Source: Candidatus Enterousia sp.
GTDB taxonomy: Bacteria; Pseudomonadota; Alphaproteobacteria; Rs-D84
Direction of reading: 5' to 3'
Assembly (NCBI GenBank): GCA_045592905.1
Contig: JAZNVR010000020.1
Coordinates: forward strand, 3,471-67,470
DNA: 64,000 nt
Shown here: piece after piece, positions 20,990 to 29,577 of the stretch
How positions within the stretch are numbered: position 1 is the first letter of the stretch
Layout of the letters: each line of letters opens with the position of its first letter
The notes under the pieces: generated by a model
Databases searched by the model: none
Seen by the model: the letters and a program-made list of their open reading frames with translations, nothing else
Told to the model about the DNA's origin: nothing
Translations under genes and position numbers: made by a program

Positions 20990-23974
20990 ATGCGGCATAT
21001 CAGACATATTATTTTTATTGCATTTGTCGTATTTACGATGTCTGTTGATATTGCAGGTGCGGTCAGTTGTGCCGCTGGTAAACATGTACGTGCAGGTGGT
21101 TGCTATGGTTGTCCTGCGGGATGTTATTGCGTTGGCAGTTCGGAAAAATCTGTTGATGACGGATGTAAAAATAGTAAAGGTAAATTTAAGAAAGAAGGTC
21201 AAGCTGGCGTATACACATGCCCAGCTGCATATCCAAATTCAGAACGTAATCATGCCGCAATTGGTGGTGTTGGGGCAAAATCTGCCAAAGAATGTTTCAA
21301 AAAAAGTGGCAGCACAAAAATATATAACGAAACAAAAAGTTGTCCTGCGGGACAATATCTGAAAGCGAATTCTTTGACATGTGCAGCATGCCCATCTGGC
21401 AAGGTTTGCAAGGGTGGCACACTTAACAAAGCAACCGCAGACCAGGGTATCACGACATGCCCATCAGGTCAGGCACCAAACAGTACAAAAACAGCATGCA
21501 TGTCTGCCATTACATGTAAGGCGGGGCAATATCTGCCAGCAAACAAAGACAAATGTGAAAGTTGTTCTTCGTTGGGTATAACAAAATACTGCCCAGGTGG
21601 TTCTTTCTTGAAAGGTACATCAGACCAAGGTGTCAGTACATGTTCTAAAAGCAACGAAACTACGAACGACGCCAGAACCGGTTGTACAACCAGCAAACGT
21701 TGCGATGCAGGACAACATAAAATAGGTCTGATTTGCTATGGCTGTCCCGAAGGTTCATATTGCGATGGCAGTGCAGAACAATCATCCAACGGTGGTAAAA
21801 ATGGTGTTGCTGGGGTTCATACATGCCCAGCTGCATATCCAAAATCGGACCGAAACAAGGCAACCGGTGGGGTTGGTGCCAAAACAGCAAAAGATTGCTA
21901 CAAGGTTGTTAGCAATGTAAAATATTATAATGTCCAGGTCAGTTGTGAAATCGGTAAATATTTACCGTCCAGCAAAACAACATGTGCAGCATGTACAGAT
22001 GGCAAATATTGCCCAGGTGGCAAATTTGATTTAGCAGCCATTGACCAAGGATTAATGACATGTCCATCTGGTCAAAAACCAAACAGCAACAAGACAGCAT
22101 GTAACACATCATGTTTGGCGGGTAAATATTTGCCAGCAAACACATCAACATGTGCAGCATGCCCAACTGATAAAAAAACCACATATTGTATTGGCGGTGA
22201 ATATGCAGTATCAAATAAAGATCAGGGTAAAGCAGAATGTGCACCTGGTAAAGTTGCAAATTCCGCCAGAACCGCATGTACAGACATAAAAGTTAAATGT
22301 TCTGCGGGACAATATCTGCCAGCAAACAGCGAAACATGCAAAAAATGTGAAGCAGGTAAAGTTTGTCTAAAAGAAGAAACATACACTTTTTCCACAGTAA
22401 AATCACAGGGTATGTCTGACTGTGCACAAAAAGAAATTCCAAACGACACACAAACTGCATGCGTTCCTGCACCGGCACAAACAGTTAAATGTAATGCTGG
22501 GGAATATCTGCCAGCAAATGCAGAAAAATGTTCCGCATGCAAGGCAAATTCTGCATGTGCAGGTGGTACATTTACAGTATCGGGTTCTGATAGTGGAATA
22601 AAAACATGCGAAGATAAAACAAAACCAAATGCACAAAAGTCTGCATGCGAAGCCGCAGGTGCAGAATGTTCCCCGGGACAATATTTGCCAGCAAACAAAA
22701 AAAAGTGCGAGGCATGTACCGCTGGAAACATCTGTCCAGGTGGTGTATGGTTTGAATTCAAGGCAGAAAATCAAGGTATTGAATCATGCCCTGCAAACAC
22801 AAAACCAAATGCAAATAAAACACAATGCGAAAAAGAAGAATCGCCAGTATGTGATGGTATAACTTCTTTAAATGCAGACGGAACAAAATGTGAAGTATTA
22901 CCAATTAAATGCCCCGCAGGTCATGCATTGCCAAAAGGTTCAAAAGAATGTACACCATGTGCCGAGAACATTATATTAGTAGTAGGTAACCTTCTGGCAG
23001 GTATAAATGTATATTGTCCGGGGGGTGAAATTACACCATCTAATGACGAGAATGTTGGTATGAAGGATTGTCCAGATGGGCAACAGGGTAATGCCGATTA
23101 TACTGCATGCGAACCAATCCCAGCAGAACCAGAAGAGGTAACAGAAGAAGCAGAAGAAGTAGTAGCAGAAGAAACGTCAGAAGAAGTTGACCCACAATCA
23201 ACCACTGTGATATGTCCAGCAGGTTCCGCACTGGCTGCAGGTTCCAGCGAATGTTCATTCTGTAAAGAAGGATCCATTCTTATCGCAGCAACATTAACTA
23301 TGTCTATATGTCCAGGTGGAAAACTAACACCATCCGCAGAAAAAATTGTTGGTCTGGAAAATTGTCCAGATGGTTTGTATCCAAATGATGATTTTACAGA
23401 ATGTATAGAGAAAAAAGTAATCACCAAGGATCAATTATTGTATGGCACCAACAGTGCTGATTCACCTTTGTCAGACCAATGTTGGTTAATCACGAACACT
23501 GAACAATATGAAAAATGCGTAACAGAAAAGGCAAAAAAAGTAAATCAGATTGTACGAAATACGGGTGTTGCAAAAACTGCACAAATATCAAACAAAATAA
23601 ATACAAACTTGCTTGATGACAAAACAGTTGAAATGGTTACCGCCCCAATTTCAATGGAAACCGGTATCAATTCTGATAAATCACTGCCAACATTACAGGT
23701 ACAATCTTCGGATGATACTGCAGGTAAAAAAACACTGCCATCGTTAAAATCACAATCTTCGGATGATACTGCGGGTGGGAAAACACTGCCAACAAACGAA
23801 TCAAAAACATTTGGTAATTTTAGCGGGGGCAAGACATCAAATAATGCATTTGGCGGAACAACAATGACAAATGGCGTAAATAGATCTGCAAGAACAGTAA
23901 ATACAGTAAAGAAAACCACGACTGTTACCAGACGCACAAAACCGGTTGTAAAACCAAGGCAAACAAGACATTAA
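20990..23974 (+). CDS. Large secreted Cys-rich repeat protein (paralog of 14533-16104)
   Basis: Signal peptide; many CxAGxYLPAN..C..C...CxGG...QG...CP repeats; S/T/K-rich tail. Confidence 0.78.
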   Translation: MRHIRHIIFIAFVVFTMSVDIAGAVSCAAGKHVRAGGCYGCPAGCYCVGSSEKSVDDGCKNSKGKFKKEGQAGVYTCPAAYPNSERNHAAIGGVGAKSAKECFKKSGSTKIYNETKSCPAGQYLKANSLTCAACPSGKVCKGGTLNKATADQGITTCPSGQAPNSTKTACMSAITCKAGQYLPANKDKCESCSSLGITKYCPGGSFLKGTSDQGVSTCSKSNETTNDARTGCTTSKRCDAGQHKIGLICYGCPEGSYCDGSAEQSSNGGKNGVAGVHTCPAAYPKSDRNKATGGVGAKTAKDCYKVVSNVKYYNVQVSCEIGKYLPSSKTTCAACTDGKYCPGGKFDLAAIDQGLMTCPSGQKPNSNKTACNTSCLAGKYLPANTSTCAACPTDKKTTYCIGGEYAVSNKDQGKAECAPGKVANSARTACTDIKVKCSAGQYLPANSETCKKCEAGKVCLKEETYTFSTVKSQGMSDCAQKEIPNDTQTACVPAPAQTVKCNAGEYLPANAEKCSACKANSACAGGTFTVSGSDSGIKTCEDKTKPNAQKSACEAAGAECSPGQYLPANKKKCEACTAGNICPGGVWFEFKAENQGIESCPANTKPNANKTQCEKEESPVCDGITSLNADGTKCEVLPIKCPAGHALPKGSKECTPCAENIILVVGNLLAGINVYCPGGEITPSNDENVGMKDCPDGQQGNADYTACEPIPAEPEEVTEEAEEVVAEETSEEVDPQSTTVICPAGSALAAGSSECSFCKEGSILIAATLTMSICPGGKLTPSAEKIVGLENCPDGLYPNDDFTECIEKKVITKDQLLYGTNSADSPLSDQCWLITNTEQYEKCVTEKAKKVNQIVRNTGVAKTAQISNKINTNLLDDKTVEMVTAPISMETGINSDKSLPTLQVQSSDDTAGKKTLPSLKSQSSDDTAGGKTLPTNESKTFGNFSGGKTSNNAFGGTTMTNGVNRSARTVNTVKKTTTVTRRTKPVVKPRQTRH
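23679..23792 (+). repeat. Tandem ~51-bp coding repeat (KTLPxLxxQSSDDTAG)
   Basis: acaatcttcggatgatactgc occurs twice and cactgcca three times. Confidence 0.75.
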
Positions 23975-24108
23975 TTTAGTGTTTGGTTAATACTTTTGTA
24001 AAAACACTTACATAGCACTTCAATAATCACAATATAAACATATAGTTATCTGTGATAAAATAAAAACTTTGCAATTCCAATATATCTTGATTATAATCCT
24101 AAACACTT

Positions 24109-25479
24109 ATGAATATAAAAAAGTTATTTTTTGTACTGCTGTTATTATTGCCCGAAATATGTTGGGCAACGGATTCTGTAAAACCAACAGAAACATCAAA
24201 AAAAACAACAGAAATAACCATGTCTACGACACAGGCGATGCAACTGGCCGGTGCGATGATTGATCGTGGCGATATTGAAAATGCAACAAAAATATTAACA
24301 CAAACACCGCCAATGAATAATGTCGCACTGGAAATAGAACGGTGGTTTTTATTGGCACAAATCGCACAAAAGCAAGGCGACTTTGAATCCGCAATCAAGA
24401 TATATCAAAAAATACTGGATGATCAGCCAAACTTGGCACGTATCAGGTTTGAATTAGCAACATGTTATATGCATACAAAACGTTGGTCACGTGCAGATTA
24501 TCATCTGCGATTGGCAATGGCGGGCAAGGATTTACCTGATAAGGTTAAACAATTAATGAATTATTACAGATATGTTATACGCCAAAATAAAAACTGGAAT
24601 ATATGGTTTAATTTGGGTGCCGCCCCAGACAGTAATGTAAACAATGCAACCGGTGGTAAAGAGTGTATTATTACACCATATGGTTTTGTGGGCTGTAATT
24701 ATTTAGCAGAACCAGAATCTGCAATTGGTACGAATTTTACACTGGGCGGGAATTACGAATTCAAACTGTCCGACAAGTGGCGTTGGAAATCAGATGCAAA
24801 TATTTATTCCAACATATATGACAAACACAAATTTGATGACTTGTATTTGGCACTTTCAACTGGGCCACGATATGTATGGCAACGTGGTGATATATGGATG
24901 GGGGCAACCGCATCACGCAGATGGTACGGATGGGATGAATACAACTGGAACGCTGGTATGCGACTAGACTTAAATTATGATTTTTCCAGAAAAATGTCTG
25001 GTGGTTTATATCTGCGATTTACAGAAAATACATATGATGATTATGGTGATTATTTAGATGGTCAGACATATGCTGCAAATGGACGATTAACCTACTCTTT
25101 TAATGCCAGTGTATACATGAATATACGTGGCGGATTAACACGTGAAGAAACCGCAAACAGTGCATACTCATTCTGGCAACCAAGCCTGTCTGTGGGAATT
25201 GGGGCAGAATTACCATGGGGTTTTCATGCGTATATTGAACCAATGGTATATTGGTCTTGGTATGATTCCGGCAAAATCGTTGTTAAAGACGCTGGATTTG
25301 CACGTGTTACAGAACATGATTTCACACACAGGTATGCAATATCTGTGTCTAATAATAAGTTTGATATTTGGGGATTTATCCCAACACTTACGTTCAGTTA
25401 CACACAACGTGATTCAAACATATGGCAACGTGAATACAAAAAGACATCTATTGAATTTACAATGCAACAACGTTTTTAA
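24109..25479 (+). CDS. Slam / type 11 secretion outer-membrane exporter (TPR + DUF560 barrel)
   Basis: Signal peptide; TPR (ILDDQPNLARIRFELA); APDSNVNNAT; aromatic beta-barrel ending R.SNI...Y......QRF. Confidence 0.85.
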   Translation: MNIKKLFFVLLLLLPEICWATDSVKPTETSKKTTEITMSTTQAMQLAGAMIDRGDIENATKILTQTPPMNNVALEIERWFLLAQIAQKQGDFESAIKIYQKILDDQPNLARIRFELATCYMHTKRWSRADYHLRLAMAGKDLPDKVKQLMNYYRYVIRQNKNWNIWFNLGAAPDSNVNNATGGKECIITPYGFVGCNYLAEPESAIGTNFTLGGNYEFKLSDKWRWKSDANIYSNIYDKHKFDDLYLALSTGPRYVWQRGDIWMGATASRRWYGWDEYNWNAGMRLDLNYDFSRKMSGGLYLRFTENTYDDYGDYLDGQTYAANGRLTYSFNASVYMNIRGGLTREETANSAYSFWQPSLSVGIGAELPWGFHAYIEPMVYWSWYDSGKIVVKDAGFARVTEHDFTHRYAISVSNNKFDIWGFIPTLTFSYTQRDSNIWQREYKKTSIEFTMQQRF

Positions 25480-25664
25480 TCTGAATTGGAATTTGTGGTA
25501 TTACGTATAAATTTATATACCGCCCCGAAAATCAATCAAAATCAATGAAAATCACCAGAACTAAATGCCGGCAAAAGCAAATACATAGCAAAAACATTGT
25601 GTATGATGCCAGCCGTGCGAACAATATTATTGACTATCAATACAAATCTAAATATCATTTACGT

Positions 25665-26069
25665 ATGAAAAATTTATTTTTTGTGTTTTCTATGTTTATA
25701 ATACTATCACGTACTGTTTTTGCGGCCCCTGATTACAGGTTTATGATGCAAAGTTGTGATACAGAATACGAAAATGCCAGCAAACGTGCCAATACGACCA
25801 TAGAAATTGTACAAGCAATAGATACACATACGGAATGCTATAAGACAATTGTATCAGAAATAATAACAACAAAATATAGACAAACCCATGAAAGCATGTG
25901 GGGCAATTTTATTCAATATATAGACAGTGCTGCAGATGCAACATCATATATTCAGCGCCCAGATTCTTGTTATCCACAGTGCGGTTCAATCATTGGGATA
26001 AATGCGGCGACATCAAAATTTGATGCCGCCAAACAATACCTGGAACAACTGATTCAGATAAATCAATAA
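25665..26069 (+). CDS. Small exported protein with 4 Cys, convergent on the lysozyme fusion
   Basis: Signal peptide MKNLFFVFSMFIILSRTVFA. Confidence 0.6.
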   Translation: MKNLFFVFSMFIILSRTVFAAPDYRFMMQSCDTEYENASKRANTTIEIVQAIDTHTECYKTIVSEIITTKYRQTHESMWGNFIQYIDSAADATSYIQRPDSCYPQCGSIIGINAATSKFDAAKQYLEQLIQINQ

Positions 26070-27232
26070 CCACTATAGTCTGCATTATTGTATAGCCGCC
26101 ATTCTGCATCACGTCGTCTATCCAAGATTCCTACATTCCTAAATGCACGCCACGCATATTCTAAATTTGGGTAAATATTGCTTTTATATTTATTGTCATT
26201 CAAATATTTTCTAACCGTTGATTGGTATAGCCCACGATTTCTATTTTGTGGTGCAGCAGACCCGGCCCCAATATTAAATACCAGCGACACCAATGCGTCA
26301 TATTGGCTTTGTGTCATATTTGATATGGCATCAGCAGATATTTGTTCGTTTATTGTGTTATAGGTCGCTTGCAGGTCTTGTTCCAACAGTTCTGTTGCCT
26401 GTTGTTCCGTTAAACCAGCACTAAAATCTTCACCTGGCTTTACCAAATGCCCATAGCCAATTGTTGCACCCACTGGCAATGGAACTCCTGCAGGTACAGG
26501 TTTGCCCGTGGCATCATCGTATATAACGTGTTTTCCATTAACCTTGACCGAACCTTCTAACCCTTTCAACCACTCGATACCTTTATCGCTCATTTTCATA
26601 TCAGTAACCTTTTGTGTTTCTGGCTTTTGGCCTTTATAAACCTTGCTGCCTATCTTCTTGCCGTTTTTGTCCAGCTCTATTTCTTCCACCCAACAGCGAC
26701 AGTTTGGATGAACGGGGATATCTGGTATATCTTCTTTGTTTTCATAGACTGTTCCATCATTCCCCGAACATTCATCGCATGTATTTTCGCCATGCTCGCT
26801 GTGCCATATCCATATCTTGGGCTTTATTTCAAACTCTGGAATATTCAAATCAAAGGTTTCCAGACTACGCTTTGACACATGACCACCTGGCATTAAAACT
26901 TTGACCGGTATTGACGTGCCAGGAACAACGTATTCTTCAATATCAAAATTAAAACCAATCGTTTCAAAATAATCACCGTATGTATCAAGAATTTCTGCTT
27001 CTGCCTCGCTTTTATCGGACTCAAACTCCGTTTCTATTTCATGCTGGGCTTTGTAGAACTGTTCCAATGTCATATCGTAATCTGGGTGCATCATACGACC
27101 GGATGCATCAAACTGTACTGTACCGGGGTACAGAATATTCATGTACCTTGTTGCACGTTTATATGTTTCGCTGTTTTTATCGCTGTATTCGGGTGATGAT
27201 ATCAGATCCTGTAAAAATTTTGGTGTTATCAT
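26063..27232 (-). CDS. MuF-like (phage minor head) domain fused to GH24 lysozyme
   Basis: GGAG RBS before ATG 27232; MuF motif WIW.....TCDEC...DG...P.HPNCRC; lysozyme SDKGIEWLKGLEG, IYDD, TIGYGHL, QYDALVSLVFNIG, RRRDAE. Confidence 0.82.
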   Translation of the reverse strand: MITPKFLQDLISSPEYSDKNSETYKRATRYMNILYPGTVQFDASGRMMHPDYDMTLEQFYKAQHEIETEFESDKSEAEAEILDTYGDYFETIGFNFDIEEYVVPGTSIPVKVLMPGGHVSKRSLETFDLNIPEFEIKPKIWIWHSEHGENTCDECSGNDGTVYENKEDIPDIPVHPNCRCWVEEIELDKNGKKIGSKVYKGQKPETQKVTDMKMSDKGIEWLKGLEGSVKVNGKHVIYDDATGKPVPAGVPLPVGATIGYGHLVKPGEDFSAGLTEQQATELLEQDLQATYNTINEQISADAISNMTQSQYDALVSLVFNIGAGSAAPQNRNRGLYQSTVRKYLNDNKYKSNIYPNLEYAWRAFRNVGILDRRRDAEWRLYNNADYSGY

Positions 27233-27245
27233 TGTTTTTCTCCAT

Positions 27246-27339
27246 AAAAAAACACCCGCACGTGGCGGGTAATAAAAAAAACGACCAAATGTCGTTCGCT
27301 GAATAAGTGTATTATACCATAAAATACGAAAATTTTCAA
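27246..27339 (-). promoter_or_regulatory. Sigma70 promoter followed by a two-terminator leader
   Basis: TTGAAA-17-TATAAT; aacgac-atttg-gtcgtt+U run; acccgc-cacgt-gcgggt+G-U7, just before the RBS. Confidence 0.75.
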
Positions 27340-27371
27340 TAAAAAACGACCGGCAAGCGGTCGTTAATTTC

Positions 27372-27447
27372 TGGTGGGGACACAGGGACTCGAACCCTGG
27401 ACCCAATGATTAAAAGTCATTTGCTCTACCAACTGAGCTATGTCCCC
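27372..27447 (-). tRNA. tRNA-Lys(TTT)
   Basis: GGGGACATAGCTCAGTTGGTAGAGC...CTTTTAA...GGTTCGAGTCC...CCA cloverleaf, 76 nt. Confidence 0.97.
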
Positions 27448-27548
27448 AAAACCGGACCCGGAAAGGGAAAACTTGCGTTCTATTTCCGTAGTTCGGGGGA
27501 AATTTTGACATAATTAAAAACAAAAATCAAGAAAAAATGCTATTTTTT

Positions 27549-28250
27549 TTATTTTTTCTGTTTTTTAGGCTTTGATTGTTGTGCTACCACAGTGCCAATG
27601 CCTGATAAATGCTGGGATATGTTTAGTGCAGATATACTGTCTGAATCCAACCAATCCAGTATTTTTGTCGTGATTGTTTCCAGATATTTCGCAGATATAT
27701 GACGATTTTTATGAAATTTATTTTCATTTATAAAATGTGTCATCGCACGTGCCAACGAAGATAATGTCTGAACCTGATCAGAAGGCAAAACATCTGTTTG
27801 ACTGTTGCGATACAACAGTGTATCCAGTTCATTATGATATTCGTGCATCTTGTCAATTATATTAGGGGTTATTTTTAATCGTTGTGATATTTCTGATGAA
27901 CGCCATGACAACATACGATTTATATTTTCTGTTGTTATCTTTGTTCGCACCGACATAGTTTCACGCAACAGCAAAATCAGGTTTATCATTAAATCATTTA
28001 TCTTGTCGCCAATACTGTTTGCCATATGCTGTTTCATCTGACGACTTATACGACTGTTTGTATAATCATACAACAAGAACACCAGCGGAATTGACAACAA
28101 AGACGCAGATACATTTATTACTAAATCACGAATATTATCGTTTGGTGCATTATCAATCGCACCTGTATACAAAACAACACCACCTGCGATTGACAGTAAA
28201 TATGGCAAAGATCTTAAAAAAACATTGCGAAAATTGATTTTCATACACAT
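27549..28250 (-). CDS. Hypothetical membrane protein (2 N-terminal TM segments)
   Basis: 233-aa ORF with two hydrophobic stretches. Confidence 0.6.
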   Translation of the reverse strand: MCMKINFRNVFLRSLPYLLSIAGGVVLYTGAIDNAPNDNIRDLVINVSASLLSIPLVFLLYDYTNSRISRQMKQHMANSIGDKINDLMINLILLLRETMSVRTKITTENINRMLSWRSSEISQRLKITPNIIDKMHEYHNELDTLLYRNSQTDVLPSDQVQTLSSLARAMTHFINENKFHKNRHISAKYLETITTKILDWLDSDSISALNISQHLSGIGTVVAQQSKPKKQKK

Positions 28251-28292
28251 ATGATAGCATATTTTTGCGGCAACATGTACAGGAACAATACC

Positions 28293-29468
28293 CTAGCCTT
28301 CGTCTAATATATCTGGCAACACACATTTACGACGAACAACAGTAATTGCCCAGCCAAATATCATCAGCATCATTACCCCAAGTATAAAAATACTGAATGC
28401 CCAACTGCCAAACTTTGCCCCCAGACCGATAATGCCACAAACCATCATATACACAACATACATCAGTGTCGTGTACAACGACAGAACAACAGACCGATGT
28501 CCCAGTGGTATCATATTCTGAAATCTGGAATACATCAGTGTATATATGCCATAAAACAGCATATATGCCACGCCCATCATCCACAACGCCCCAGGCGTAT
28601 AAGCAAACGAAAAACCAATATACAGCGCCCCAACAACCCCGATTAATGTATACAAAAACCAGTCAGGCAGTCTTGTAAACCTGTATGCAAATCGCTGGCC
28701 CAATGTGGCACACGCCAGTAAAAAGAAAGACAGTAATCCAACATATTCAGTCGGTATCCCCAGTTGTAATCCAAGTGGGCTTAAAAAATCGTCCAAAAAA
28801 GGAACATTTACCGCCAACAATGTCAGCATCATCACAGACATTAAACATGGTGTTTTCAAACAGACACGCCAACCTGTACGAAACAATTTTGTAAAATGAA
28901 CTTTCTTGGCGACCATATGTTGGGGCGGTGTGTACTTTACCGCCATCAAGCAAATAATTGATATTAAAATTGCTGCAACAGATGCCCATGTTACCCAATC
29001 ATACCCCAAGAACATCAGCAAAGAACCAAATGCAGACAACGCAGTCCCGATTGATTCATAAGTGGATTTGCGTCCCAAGATTCGTGTATAATCATCACCC
29101 ATACCGTTTGCATACACAGAATCATATAATAAACCTTCAAATGCAACGCTGCGGAATCCGGCCTGCAGCCCCCACAGGGTCATCCCCACAACAAAACCCA
29201 TATATGACGGCCAAGCCAACCACAATAAAATTGCAATCATTTTCAAGAACTGGCCAAAAATCATGGCATATCGCTGGCCCACACGATTGGTGATAAAAGT
29301 AATTGGCATTTGCCCCATGATTGTTGCAAGTGATGATATAATAAACATACTTGATAACTGTAAATCAGACAACCCATTTTCCAACATAAAGATTGAATAT
29401 ACAGGTGTTAACAATAAAAACTTGTTGAAAAACGCAAATCCATACAAAGCAATCAACAATCGTGACAA
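28293..29468 (-). CDS. MFS transporter
   Basis: About 12 TM segments; FEGLLYDSV matches the corresponding motif of the MFS at 9758. Confidence 0.85.
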   Translation of the reverse strand: MSRLLIALYGFAFFNKFLLLTPVYSIFMLENGLSDLQLSSMFIISSLATIMGQMPITFITNRVGQRYAMIFGQFLKMIAILLWLAWPSYMGFVVGMTLWGLQAGFRSVAFEGLLYDSVYANGMGDDYTRILGRKSTYESIGTALSAFGSLLMFLGYDWVTWASVAAILISIICLMAVKYTPPQHMVAKKVHFTKLFRTGWRVCLKTPCLMSVMMLTLLAVNVPFLDDFLSPLGLQLGIPTEYVGLLSFFLLACATLGQRFAYRFTRLPDWFLYTLIGVVGALYIGFSFAYTPGALWMMGVAYMLFYGIYTLMYSRFQNMIPLGHRSVVLSLYTTLMYVVYMMVCGIIGLGAKFGSWAFSIFILGVMMLMIFGWAITVVRRKCVLPDILDEG

Positions 29469-29577
29469 TATTTTCCCCTTTTATGCCAAATTATACATAT
29501 TTTTTGCCTAAAAAGTACAGGAAATATTGATTTTTTGCTAAAATTTACTATAATTATAGGGATATAGACAAAGGTGA

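Noticed and set aside
27233-27406. N-terminal extension of the 447-aa ORF
   Set aside because: Runs through tRNA-Lys, its terminator and the promoter; the real start is 27232 with a GGAG RBS
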